A DNA stretch of 64,000 nt from NCBI GenBank assembly GCA_016202645.1, contig JACQOF010000003.1, positions 27,375 through 91,374 on the forward strand. Direction: 5' to 3'. The stretch is from a bacterium (GTDB lineage: Bacteria > Lindowbacteria > 2-12-FULL-62-27). The notes under the pieces are model-generated. The model ran no database searches. It was not told the DNA's origin and worked only from the letters and a program-made list of their open reading frames with translations. Numbering within the stretch: position 1 is the first letter of the stretch; the number at the start of each line of letters is the position of its first letter. Positions 27,164 to 35,575 of the stretch are shown piece by piece. The position numbers were made by a program, and so were the translations under genes.

Positions 27164-28333
27164 ATGAAGTTCTCCCGGGTTTTTCTGATTGTTCTGGACG
27201 GCGTCGGCTGCGGCGAGGCCCCGGACACCGCCGCGTTTGGCGATTCGGGATCGGATACGCTCGGCAACATCGCACGGGCGGTCGGCGGGGTGTCGCTTCC
27301 GACGCTGGAAGCCATGGGACTTGGACGGGTCGGATCCATTCAGGGCGTGAACCCGGCCCGGGCGCGAGCCGGGGCCTACGGCGTGATGATCGAAAAATCC
27401 TCCAACAAGGACACCACGAGCGGCCACTGGGAGATGGCGGGGGTGGTGGTCAAGGATGCCTTTCCGACGTATCCGCGCGGGTTTCCGCCGGAGATCATCG
27501 ACGCATTCGAGAAGGAGATCGACCGGAAGGTCCTGGGGAACAAGGCCGCGTCCGGAACGGACATCATCAAGGAACTCGGCGGGGAACACGTGCGGACGGG
27601 CCGGCCGATCGTGTACACGTCCGCCGACAGCGTATTCCAGATTGCCGCGCATGAGGATGTCATTCCATTGGAGGAATTGTACTCGATCTGCAAAACCGCC
27701 CGGCGCATTCTCCAGGGCAGGCACCGGGTGGGCCGTGTCATTGCCCGGCCATTCACCGGCCCGGCCGGACAGTTCAAGAGGACGCCGCACCGGCATGATT
27801 ATTCCATTGAACCGCCAGAGCCCACTCTGCTGGACCGCCTGAAGGCCGCGCGGATCGACTCGCTGAGCATCGGAAAAATCAGCGACATTTTCGCCGGGCG
27901 GGGAATTACCGGCCACTATGGGATGGAGACCAACGCGGAAGGAATGAAGCAGCTGGCCGATCTGGCCGACGGAAAATTCCGGGGGCTCGCATTTCTCAAC
28001 CTCGTCGATTTCGACATGCTCTACGGCCATCGGAACGATGTTCAGGGGTTTGCGGCGTCGCTGAAGGAGTTCGACACGGCCCTCGGCGGCTTTCTCAAAA
28101 AAATGAAACCAACCGACCTCGCGATCCTGACCGCCGACCACGGAAACGATCCGACCACGCCTTCCACCGACCACTCCCGGGAACTGGTCCCGCTGCTCGC
28201 CTGGCATTCGGGCATGACGCGTCTCGTCGATCTGGGCCGCCGCCAGGGATTCTGGGACATCGGGCAGACCGTTGCGGAGAATTTCGGAGTGGAAGGCTGG
28301 AGCGGCGCGGCGAGTTTTCTGGCCGAACTCTAA
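27164..28333 (+). CDS. deoB: phosphopentomutase
   Basis: 389 aa with the N-terminal VFLIVLDGVGCGE motif and metal-binding DHGND typical of DeoB. Confidence 0.9.
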   Translation: MKFSRVFLIVLDGVGCGEAPDTAAFGDSGSDTLGNIARAVGGVSLPTLEAMGLGRVGSIQGVNPARARAGAYGVMIEKSSNKDTTSGHWEMAGVVVKDAFPTYPRGFPPEIIDAFEKEIDRKVLGNKAASGTDIIKELGGEHVRTGRPIVYTSADSVFQIAAHEDVIPLEELYSICKTARRILQGRHRVGRVIARPFTGPAGQFKRTPHRHDYSIEPPEPTLLDRLKAARIDSLSIGKISDIFAGRGITGHYGMETNAEGMKQLADLADGKFRGLAFLNLVDFDMLYGHRNDVQGFAASLKEFDTALGGFLKKMKPTDLAILTADHGNDPTTPSTDHSRELVPLLAWHSGMTRLVDLGRRQGFWDIGQTVAENFGVEGWSGAASFLAEL

Positions 28334-28339
28334 AAAAAA

Positions 28340-28420
28340 AGTTGCAGGTTTTAGTTTCGCCTGGGATTCGTTTTCGCGTTCCCGGCGGAACCTGAAAACC
28401 TGCAACTCGACTTAGCAAGG
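28340..28420 (+). terminator. long stem-loop following deoB (GTTGCAGGTTTT ... AAAACCTGCAAC)
   Basis: A perfect 12-bp inverted repeat flanks a ~47-nt loop. It begins 7 nt after the deoB stop, right after an A9 run. Confidence 0.3.
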
Positions 28421-28480
28421 GAGCCCGGATCAAAGGGCGCGCCCTTTAAGACGATGGTGCGTGGGGATAAAAGTCCTACA

Positions 28481-28631
28481 CGTACGTGTCTACGAGGGTG
28501 CCGCTCCCACTGTCCTGGCTCGGCTCAACCTTGATCGACCCGGGGTCCGGCAACGCGCTTGGATTCATCTGCTGCGCGAATGCGTAGTACCTCTGGCTGA
28601 TGTCGGAGAGCGTCACGTTTTGGATATTCAT
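28481..28631 (-). CDS. putative small protein (50 aa)
   Basis: ORF MNIQNVTLSDISQRYYAFAQQMNPSALPDPGSIKVEPSQDSGSGTLVDTYV, with an AGGTGG Shine-Dalgarno 8 nt upstream. It is below the ORF-track length cut-off and has no homolog I recognise. Confidence 0.25.
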
Positions 28632-28641
28632 GGGACGCCAC

Positions 28642-29088
28642 CTATATCACTAGGGACACCGAAACTGGTGCCTTCGTAGATGCGGATCCCGAAACCGGGA
28701 TCGCGCCTGTCGGGGAAAACGAATAAGATGAAGATGAGTAATGGGCGCCCGCGCTTCCCCCGGGTTGGTTACCGGAGGAAGCGACGGGCGACGCTATGGA
28801 ATAATGCCCCGACAGGGGATAAGCAGTAATAAGGCCTGCTTCTTGATCTGTTGAGTTTCCGCGCGCCGGTGGCGCAGGCGGGGCGTACGAATCGGCCGTG
28901 GCCTTCAAGCGTCGGGCGTGATCGTCAATATAGTCCAGGACGACATCCGCGGAGTTTGGAGCCAGGCGGCGAAGCATGTCCACCGTCGGCTGGGCGCCGT
29001 GTCCCAGGGGCATGTCAGACGGGGTTCCCGGGTGGACGATCGACGGAGATTGTGTTTGAATGGGGTCTGTGATGACTGAAACGTCCAT
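28642..29088 (-). CDS. hypothetical protein (about 148 aa, Ser/Pro/Ala-rich C-terminus)
   Basis: ORF with a GGAAAGGA RBS upstream of MDVSVITDP. No recognised domain. It lies in a stretch of locally lower GC. Confidence 0.3.
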   Translation of the reverse strand: MDVSVITDPIQTQSPSIVHPGTPSDMPLGHGAQPTVDMLRRLAPNSADVVLDYIDDHARRLKATADSYAPPAPPARGNSTDQEAGLITAYPLSGHYSIASPVASSGNQPGGSAGAHYSSSSYSFSPTGAIPVSGSASTKAPVSVSLVI

Positions 29089-29234
29089 GTCTTTGATCCT
29101 TTCCCTGATCACTTTCCGCCTCCATGGCTTGTCGGAATCCCTTCCTTACTCAACAGGTCGGTATGCGGCGATGGAAAGGTTAGTCAAAGCTGGGGGTTTT
29201 TTGAAAATATCCTTCTCAAGCGCAGGTTGACATA

Positions 29235-31118
29235 ATGTGCGGGATCGCCGGCTGGCTGTGGAATCAACCTCCTTCCGACCCCAAATTGACTCTCTCCCGG
29301 ATGGCCGACCGGATCGTCCACCGCGGTCCCGACGCCGGCGGATTTTATGTGGATGCCAAAGCGGGCCTGGCTCACCGGCGGCTCTCCATCATCGACCTCA
29401 ACACCGGCGATCAGCCGATGGCCAACGCCGACAAGACCATCCATGTTGTCTTCAACGGGGAGATCTACAATTTCCTGGATATCCGAAAAGACCTTCAAGC
29501 ACGCGGCCACCGGCTGGCGACACGCTCGGACACGGAAGTCCTCCTCTACCTCTGGCAGGATTACGGTCCCCGGATGCTGGAGCATCTCCGGGGGATGTTC
29601 GCCTTCGCGATCTGGGACACCCGGTCGGAGACGTTGTTTCTGGCCCGGGACCGGTTGGGCGTCAAGCCCCTGCTCTACGCCGAAACGCCGTCCGGTCTTT
29701 TCTTCGCGTCGGAACTCCAGGCTCTCCTCGCCGCGCCGGATGTCTCTCCCGTTCTGGATATCGAATCTCTCGACCTCTACCTGAGTCTTCAGTATGTTCC
29801 CGCGCCCCGCACCATCTACACGTCCATTCGGAAACTTCCGCCCGGACACTTCCTCATCGCCCGGAAAGGCCGCGTCGAGAGGATCGAGCGATACTGGGAC
29901 GTAACGCCTGCGCCGCGGAAGTGGGACCGGCGCGAGGCGGTGGAGACCCTGCGGGAGAAAGTTCAGGAGGCGGTGCGGATCCGGATGATTTCGGATGTTC
30001 CGCTCGGCGCGTTTCTCTCCGGCGGAATCGATTCGTCAATCACGGTGGGCCTGATGTCCCGCTGTGCGGACCAGCCGGTCAAAACATTTTCAATCGGGTT
30101 TGAAGAATCCGATTATTCGGAACTTGCCCACGCCCGGCGCGTCGCGGAATTTCACGCCACCGATCACCGGGAATTCGTCGTCCGGCCAGACGCGATCGAG
30201 CTTCTTCCCACCCTCGTCCGGCACTACGGCGAACCCTACGCCGACAGTTCCGCCATCCCGACGTATTACCTGTGCCGGGAGACCCGGCGGCACGTCACGG
30301 TGGCGCTGTCCGGTGACGGCGGAGACGAAGGGTTTCTCGGATACAACCGGTACCTCGCGATGCGCGTGGCGCCGGCATTGGGGAAAATCCCGGCGTCTCT
30401 GCGAAATCTGTCCATGGCGCTCCTGCGCCCTCTTCGAAAAAATAAAATCGCCAGGCAGGCCGCGCGCCTCCTCGACATGAGCGGACGCGGCACAGATCTG
30501 GCGATGTACCTCGACGCGGTTTCTCATTTCTCGGAAGCCGACAAGGCCGGCCTCTACACGGCCAATCACCGGCGGCGGATGACGGAGCGGGAGGGAGGTT
30601 TGGCCGAGTCGTACCTTCGGTCGGCATTCCGGACGGACGTGCCGCTCGTTCAGGCCCTTTCATATTTGGATCTTCAGACCTACCTGCCGGAGGACATTTT
30701 GGTGAAAGTCGACATCGCGTCGATGGCAAATTCACTGGAGACCCGGTCGGCGTTTCTTGATCAGGACGTGATCCAATTCGCGATGTCCCTGCCGCCGGAA
30801 CTGAAAATGCCGGGGTGGAGAAAAAAAGATCTTTTGAAAAACGCGTTCTCGGACCTTTTCCCGCCAGGCCTCCTGCGCCGCGGCAAAATGGGATTCGGCG
30901 TGCCGCTCGAACACTGGTTCAGAAAGGAACTCAAGTCATTCGCAGAGGAAGCCCTGGACCGGCCCCCGGAACCTCTCCGCACGCTCTTTCAGCCGGACGC
31001 CGCACGGAACCTCCTGCGGGACCACATCGAAGGCCGAAGAAAAAACGACCAGCGCCTCTGGAACCTGCTGTTTCTTTATACGTGGGCAAGACTTTTTCCG
31101 ATCTCCGATATTCGTTAG
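29235..31118 (+). CDS. asnB: asparagine synthase (glutamine-hydrolysing)
   Basis: The N-terminal MCGIAGW presents the Cys nucleophile. The PP-loop SGGIDSS and the overall 627-aa length match AsnB. Confidence 0.9.
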   Translation: MCGIAGWLWNQPPSDPKLTLSRMADRIVHRGPDAGGFYVDAKAGLAHRRLSIIDLNTGDQPMANADKTIHVVFNGEIYNFLDIRKDLQARGHRLATRSDTEVLLYLWQDYGPRMLEHLRGMFAFAIWDTRSETLFLARDRLGVKPLLYAETPSGLFFASELQALLAAPDVSPVLDIESLDLYLSLQYVPAPRTIYTSIRKLPPGHFLIARKGRVERIERYWDVTPAPRKWDRREAVETLREKVQEAVRIRMISDVPLGAFLSGGIDSSITVGLMSRCADQPVKTFSIGFEESDYSELAHARRVAEFHATDHREFVVRPDAIELLPTLVRHYGEPYADSSAIPTYYLCRETRRHVTVALSGDGGDEGFLGYNRYLAMRVAPALGKIPASLRNLSMALLRPLRKNKIARQAARLLDMSGRGTDLAMYLDAVSHFSEADKAGLYTANHRRRMTEREGGLAESYLRSAFRTDVPLVQALSYLDLQTYLPEDILVKVDIASMANSLETRSAFLDQDVIQFAMSLPPELKMPGWRKKDLLKNAFSDLFPPGLLRRGKMGFGVPLEHWFRKELKSFAEEALDRPPEPLRTLFQPDAARNLLRDHIEGRRKNDQRLWNLLFLYTWARLFPISDIR

Positions 31119-31138
31119 CTGATAGCTGCAGTCCTCGC

Positions 31139-31169
31139 CGTCATTCCCGCGAAAGCGGGAATCCAGTCT
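31139..31169. repeat. REP-like palindromic element, copy 2
   Basis: Identical 31-mer to 27049-27079. It sits between the convergent asnB and MMPL genes. Confidence 0.8.
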
Positions 31170-31180
31170 GAAGGCCTTCC

Positions 31181-33898
31181 CTACCGAAGTAATTCCGTCG
31201 TCGCCGCCAGCCGCCGGCTGAGGATGGCCGAGAGGTTGTGCAGAACGCGCGTGGCCAGGCGCGGATACCGGCGCTCCATCCGCTCGAGGGCTTCGTAGCC
31301 GAACGCGAAAACCGTCGTCTCCTCGTTCACGAGAACGTCCGCGCTACGGGGATGCTCACTGATCAGGCCCATTTCGCCGACGGTCTCGCCCCGGCCGAGG
31401 CGGGTGACGACGCGGCCGGATTTGAGGATGGAAACCGACCCGTCAAGAATCACGAACATTTCGTCGCCGAGAGAGCCTTCCTGCATGAGGGGCCAGTTTT
31501 CGGGTATAGTCATCATCCGACCGAGGGACACGATCTTTTTGATCTGGGATTCTGAAAGATTTAAAAATAGCGGGATGCCGCGCGTGACGTCGGATTTGAA
31601 CTTGATCTGCCACCATTCCCAGATGCCGACCAGGGGGATCCAGCCGAGGAGGCCGGGCATCATGACGAAGTCGTCGAAGCAGGCCATGATCATGGCGATG
31701 ACCATGAAAAACCCGAAGAGCCGCACCGGCTCGAATTCGGAAAACAAAAGGACCGAAAATCCGACCGCCAGCGCCGCGTTCGTGTAAAGCATCGCCCGGC
31801 CCACCCCGCTGACGACTTCCCGCACCGCCAGCCGCCCCTGCGGCCGCGCGCGGATGTTCCGCATATAGTGAACGATGAAATGGACGGTGTCGTCGACGGC
31901 GATGCCGAGCGCGACAGACGCCAAGAGCGCCGTGGCGATGTCGATGCGGATGCCGAGATAACCCATGACGCCCAGCACCGCGGTGATCGGCGCGATGTTC
32001 GGGATCATCGCCAGGAAACCGACTTTGGCCGCGCCGAAACAGACCCACATCACCAGAAAAATGCCGAGCGCGGTCCCGAGAAATCCCTGGATCTGGCCCT
32101 TCAGAATCGCCTGATTGGCCCGGCAGGCCATGTAGAGGTCCCCGGTGACGTAGCCCTTGAGGTCCTCGGGCCAGTTTTCCCGGATGTAGGCGTTGAGACG
32201 GTCGGCCAGCGCGAGGATCTCCGGCGAGCTGACGTTTTCCACGCGGATCTCGATCCGTGAGCGGTCGTAATCGTAGTTGACGAAACGGTCAAAATGCGAC
32301 GGGTCGTCTCCGACCGTGGCCACCAGGAGAAGCTGTGAAATCTCAAGATGGTCGTCCGGAATTTTTTCGAGGGCCGGGTCGCCCGAATGCACCGCGCGGT
32401 TCAGGCGCTTGACGGTGTCGACGAAGGAGAAGGTTTTCAGGACGTACGGCTGGTCCGCAGCGAAGGCCTGCAGGGATTCGATGGCTCTGAGGGTTTCCGG
32501 ATTTTTCATCGACGCGGGCGAGCCGCCCTCCGCCACCACCGACAGGGACAGCGCCCCGCCGAGGTGTTTTTCGAGCATCTGAAATCCGAGACGCACCGGC
32601 GCGTCTTCCTTGAAAAATTGTTTGGGGTCATTTTCCACACGCAAGGACAGGAGCCCCAGAGAAAGAATCAGGGTCAGGCCGAATGTGAACACGAGGGTCC
32701 GGCCTTTGTTCCTGTAAAACATCTGGGAATACTCGGCGATGGACTTCATCCAGCCGCTCGTCCGCGACGGCGTGACGGTTCCCACGCGGACCCGGAACGC
32801 CAGGAGCGGGAGCGATGTGAACAGGCAGACCGAGGTGCAGAAAAGTCCCAGGGAGGAAAAAAATCCGAACTGGCGGATGGCCGGGATGTCGGTCAGACAG
32901 AGAGACGCCATCCCGATCATCGTCGTGAACTGCGCCAGGACCAGCGGGAAAAACGTGTCGGCGGCGGCGTTTTCACAGATCGTCACCGGGTCCTCCTCGC
33001 AGTCCCCATAGAACGACAACCGGGTCAGAAATTGCAGGGAGTAAGTGGTGCTGAGCGTCATGAGGACGGTCGGCAAAATGACGTCGATGGGCGTCAGGGA
33101 CCGGCCAAGCCATCCGATCACGCCGAACATCCAGACCAGGGACATGAGCATGAGTCCGAGCGGGAGCAGAACGCCGGCGGCAGTCCGGAATATCCAGAAC
33201 AGAAAAATTCCAATGACAAGGGCGGTGAGGGGAAGAAGACGTTTCATTTCCCGAAGCATGGCCTGGTGGAGCTCGACGGTCTGGAGGTGCCCGCCGGCGA
33301 AGTGGACCGGGACCTTCGGCGCTTCCAGTTTGAAGACGTCCTTGAACCGCTTCGTCAGATAGTCGAGCTGGACCGCGCGGATGTGCGGCCAGGTCCGGAC
33401 GATCACCGCCGCGTAGCGGCCGTCGGCGGAAATCAGATGGTTGACGAAATGGCGGTCGTCCAAAACAGCCTGCCGCAGACGCGACGCCTCCTCATCTGTT
33501 CCAGGCGGCCGCGAGCCGATCCGGTAGGCCTCGAGTGTCCTGCCCGAACCCCTGTACATCGGTTCGTGGGTCAGGCTGGTGACCCGTTTGGTTCCCGGCA
33601 GGCGCTCGACGGCGGTGGAAACTTTCGACAAGATTGCGAGGTTCTCGGGGGTGAAGACGTCGTCAAACTCGAGCAGAGCGATGAGAAACCGGTCGTCCCC
33701 GAATTCCTGGACATTCTGCCGGTACTTCAGAAGTTCCGGGTTCTGGGTCTCGATGAAGAGGTCGTCCGAGGTGTCGACTTGAAGGTTCGGATACGTCAGA
33801 TGCCAGAGGCCGCCACCGAGCGCGGCCGTGATCAGGACCATCAGGAAAGAGACCTTGCCGCGGTTTCTATGCAGGAACTGGATGTATTTTCGCGTCAT
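31181..33898 (-). CDS. MMPL/RND-superfamily transporter fused to a C-terminal cyclic-nucleotide-binding (cNMP) domain
   Basis: Two 6-TM bundles, each preceded by a large periplasmic domain (HpnN/MMPL architecture). The C-terminal ~120 aa carries the CRP-type cNMP-binding signature LGRGETVGEMGLI...RSADV. The start was set at MTRKY because it overlaps the upstream stop by ATGA. Confidence 0.8.
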   Translation of the reverse strand: MTRKYIQFLHRNRGKVSFLMVLITAALGGGLWHLTYPNLQVDTSDDLFIETQNPELLKYRQNVQEFGDDRFLIALLEFDDVFTPENLAILSKVSTAVERLPGTKRVTSLTHEPMYRGSGRTLEAYRIGSRPPGTDEEASRLRQAVLDDRHFVNHLISADGRYAAVIVRTWPHIRAVQLDYLTKRFKDVFKLEAPKVPVHFAGGHLQTVELHQAMLREMKRLLPLTALVIGIFLFWIFRTAAGVLLPLGLMLMSLVWMFGVIGWLGRSLTPIDVILPTVLMTLSTTYSLQFLTRLSFYGDCEEDPVTICENAAADTFFPLVLAQFTTMIGMASLCLTDIPAIRQFGFFSSLGLFCTSVCLFTSLPLLAFRVRVGTVTPSRTSGWMKSIAEYSQMFYRNKGRTLVFTFGLTLILSLGLLSLRVENDPKQFFKEDAPVRLGFQMLEKHLGGALSLSVVAEGGSPASMKNPETLRAIESLQAFAADQPYVLKTFSFVDTVKRLNRAVHSGDPALEKIPDDHLEISQLLLVATVGDDPSHFDRFVNYDYDRSRIEIRVENVSSPEILALADRLNAYIRENWPEDLKGYVTGDLYMACRANQAILKGQIQGFLGTALGIFLVMWVCFGAAKVGFLAMIPNIAPITAVLGVMGYLGIRIDIATALLASVALGIAVDDTVHFIVHYMRNIRARPQGRLAVREVVSGVGRAMLYTNAALAVGFSVLLFSEFEPVRLFGFFMVIAMIMACFDDFVMMPGLLGWIPLVGIWEWWQIKFKSDVTRGIPLFLNLSESQIKKIVSLGRMMTIPENWPLMQEGSLGDEMFVILDGSVSILKSGRVVTRLGRGETVGEMGLISEHPRSADVLVNEETTVFAFGYEALERMERRYPRLATRVLHNLSAILSRRLAATTELLR

Positions 33899-34698
33899 CG
33901 CAGAGAGGTCACGTTTTCTTCGGTGAAGAAGTCCACAGGCAGGTTGCGGTTGATTTGAACATCCTCGAAAGTCATTTCCGTCCAATGGGGACGCAGGGGG
34001 CTGAAGACGGCCCGGCGGCGCGCGCGCCAGTGCCGTCCGTCCGGCCGATAAAAATCGGACCAGGTCGACGTTTTGAAGAGCCGGCCGAGCGTGTCGAAAT
34101 AATCGGCGCGCAGGAGCACCAGCCGTTCCGTGTCGACCCACAGAAGCTGGTGGTCGTAGGCCGCGCGGGACTTGATCGTCTCCGCCGTCGGCGTCACCCG
34201 GATGACCTGCGCCGGGCGGCCCTCCAGATTTTCTTCCCGGATGGTTTCAAATGCGTAGTCGTCGAGGACAAACGGCACGAAATCCTCATAGGTCAGGTCA
34301 CTGCCGAAAACGTAATCGCTTTTGCCGCTCTCGGAAAGAATCTTGGGGTTCCGGAACGCCGGCAGATAAAGCCATTGGTAATTTTCTCCGGCCGGCTGGT
34401 TGATGCTCACCAGAGTCATGCCATTGAGATCATTCGGCTCGAGAAACCTGAGAAGCACCGCGCCCATGTTGTTCTCGGGCGCGCGCTGATAGAAGGTTTT
34501 GATCCGCCACCGCTTCTGCTGGCCGTTGGGATGAATAAGCAGAAGGGACGCCACGCTCACTTCATCGGCCGGCCCCAGATTCGCGTCCACCAGCGCCATC
34601 ACATTCCGCGCGTTCGGCGCCCCGGGCAGAGTCTCCGCAGGGAGCGTTCCACACATCAGCAGGCACAGGAGTACTCCCCCCGCAAGTCGCCGGAACAT
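33895..34698 (-). CDS. LolA-like outer-membrane lipoprotein-sorting family protein
   Basis: Signal peptide and ~245-aa LolA-like fold size. Gene-order partner of MMPL/HpnN transporters. Confidence 0.65.
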   Translation of the reverse strand: MFRRLAGGVLLCLLMCGTLPAETLPGAPNARNVMALVDANLGPADEVSVASLLLIHPNGQQKRWRIKTFYQRAPENNMGAVLLRFLEPNDLNGMTLVSINQPAGENYQWLYLPAFRNPKILSESGKSDYVFGSDLTYEDFVPFVLDDYAFETIREENLEGRPAQVIRVTPTAETIKSRAAYDHQLLWVDTERLVLLRADYFDTLGRLFKTSTWSDFYRPDGRHWRARRRAVFSPLRPHWTEMTFEDVQINRNLPVDFFTEENVTSLR

Positions 34699-35575
34699 GG
34701 CAGCACCCTACCACAAATCCCGCTCCATAGACCATCCCATCTCCCCCTGAAGGGGGGAGAGGCCATCCGCCCAAGGCGGACGGGTGAGGGGGGAAAGAAT
34801 CATCTTGTTTCCATCTTCCCCTCACAATATTTTTTGACTCGCCTTTCATTCCATGCCCCGCCTTTGAATTTTTCACGAAAACGCCGGTAAAAGAATAGGC
34901 GTAGTGGATGTTGACGGTGTGAGTCTCCCCGCCTTTGACAATCTCCTGTGTTTCCTTTTGTTTATTCTTCTTTCGAACATCGTCGCAGGCGATTTTTGAG
35001 AAGAGTTCTTCGGCCAACGCCTTGCACGCGGGGTCCGGGTGTCGCCGGGCATGATCGTGGCCCAGGATGTATTTATCAATAAATCGGAGACCGCCGGAAA
35101 ACCAAAAGATGACAATGCCCGCGATTACAAAGACCGGCGCCAGCCCTGCTTTACCGAAAAGCCTGGCCCGCGAAAAAGGATGGAAATACAGGATTGAAGA
35201 GACAGCGACAATGGCCCTGACAATCAGGAGCACAAAAACGTACGGTCCGAGCAATCTGTACACGTATCGACCAGGGCTGAGGCCGATCATGTATCCGAGC
35301 GCGACGATTGTGAAAAGGAGCGATACCAAGGTCAGGCAGGAATCAAATGTGATGAGTCGCGACGTCCATTTTGTGTCCTTCATTAATACGGCGAGAATCA
35401 GAGCGTGATAGACGGCGTAGGCCGCTGTGAAAAGATGCCATTTCGGAAAAGGAAACGCCGGATCCAGCACGGATTGGTAGACGCTCCACAGGGCGCTCGC
35501 CAGAAACCCCAGGGCAAGAAATCCGTTGAGTCCATAGATCAACCCCCTGGATGCACGGCTTTTTGGATCCATCAT
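34562..35575 (-). CDS. polytopic membrane protein (5 TM) with cytoplasmic tail; 3' end uncertain
   Basis: The first ~250 aa are convincing: TM helices followed by a charged tail. The ORF then reads through a hairpin-rich, intergenic-looking stretch and overlaps the LolA-like start by 137 nt. A frameshift or a shorter true product is possible. Confidence 0.45.
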   Translation of the reverse strand: MMDPKSRASRGLIYGLNGFLALGFLASALWSVYQSVLDPAFPFPKWHLFTAAYAVYHALILAVLMKDTKWTSRLITFDSCLTLVSLLFTIVALGYMIGLSPGRYVYRLLGPYVFVLLIVRAIVAVSSILYFHPFSRARLFGKAGLAPVFVIAGIVIFWFSGGLRFIDKYILGHDHARRHPDPACKALAEELFSKIACDDVRKKNKQKETQEIVKGGETHTVNIHYAYSFTGVFVKNSKAGHGMKGESKNIVRGRWKQDDSFPPHPSALGGWPLPPSGGDGMVYGAGFVVGCCHVPATCGGSTPVPADVWNAPCGDSARGAERAECDGAGGRESGAGR

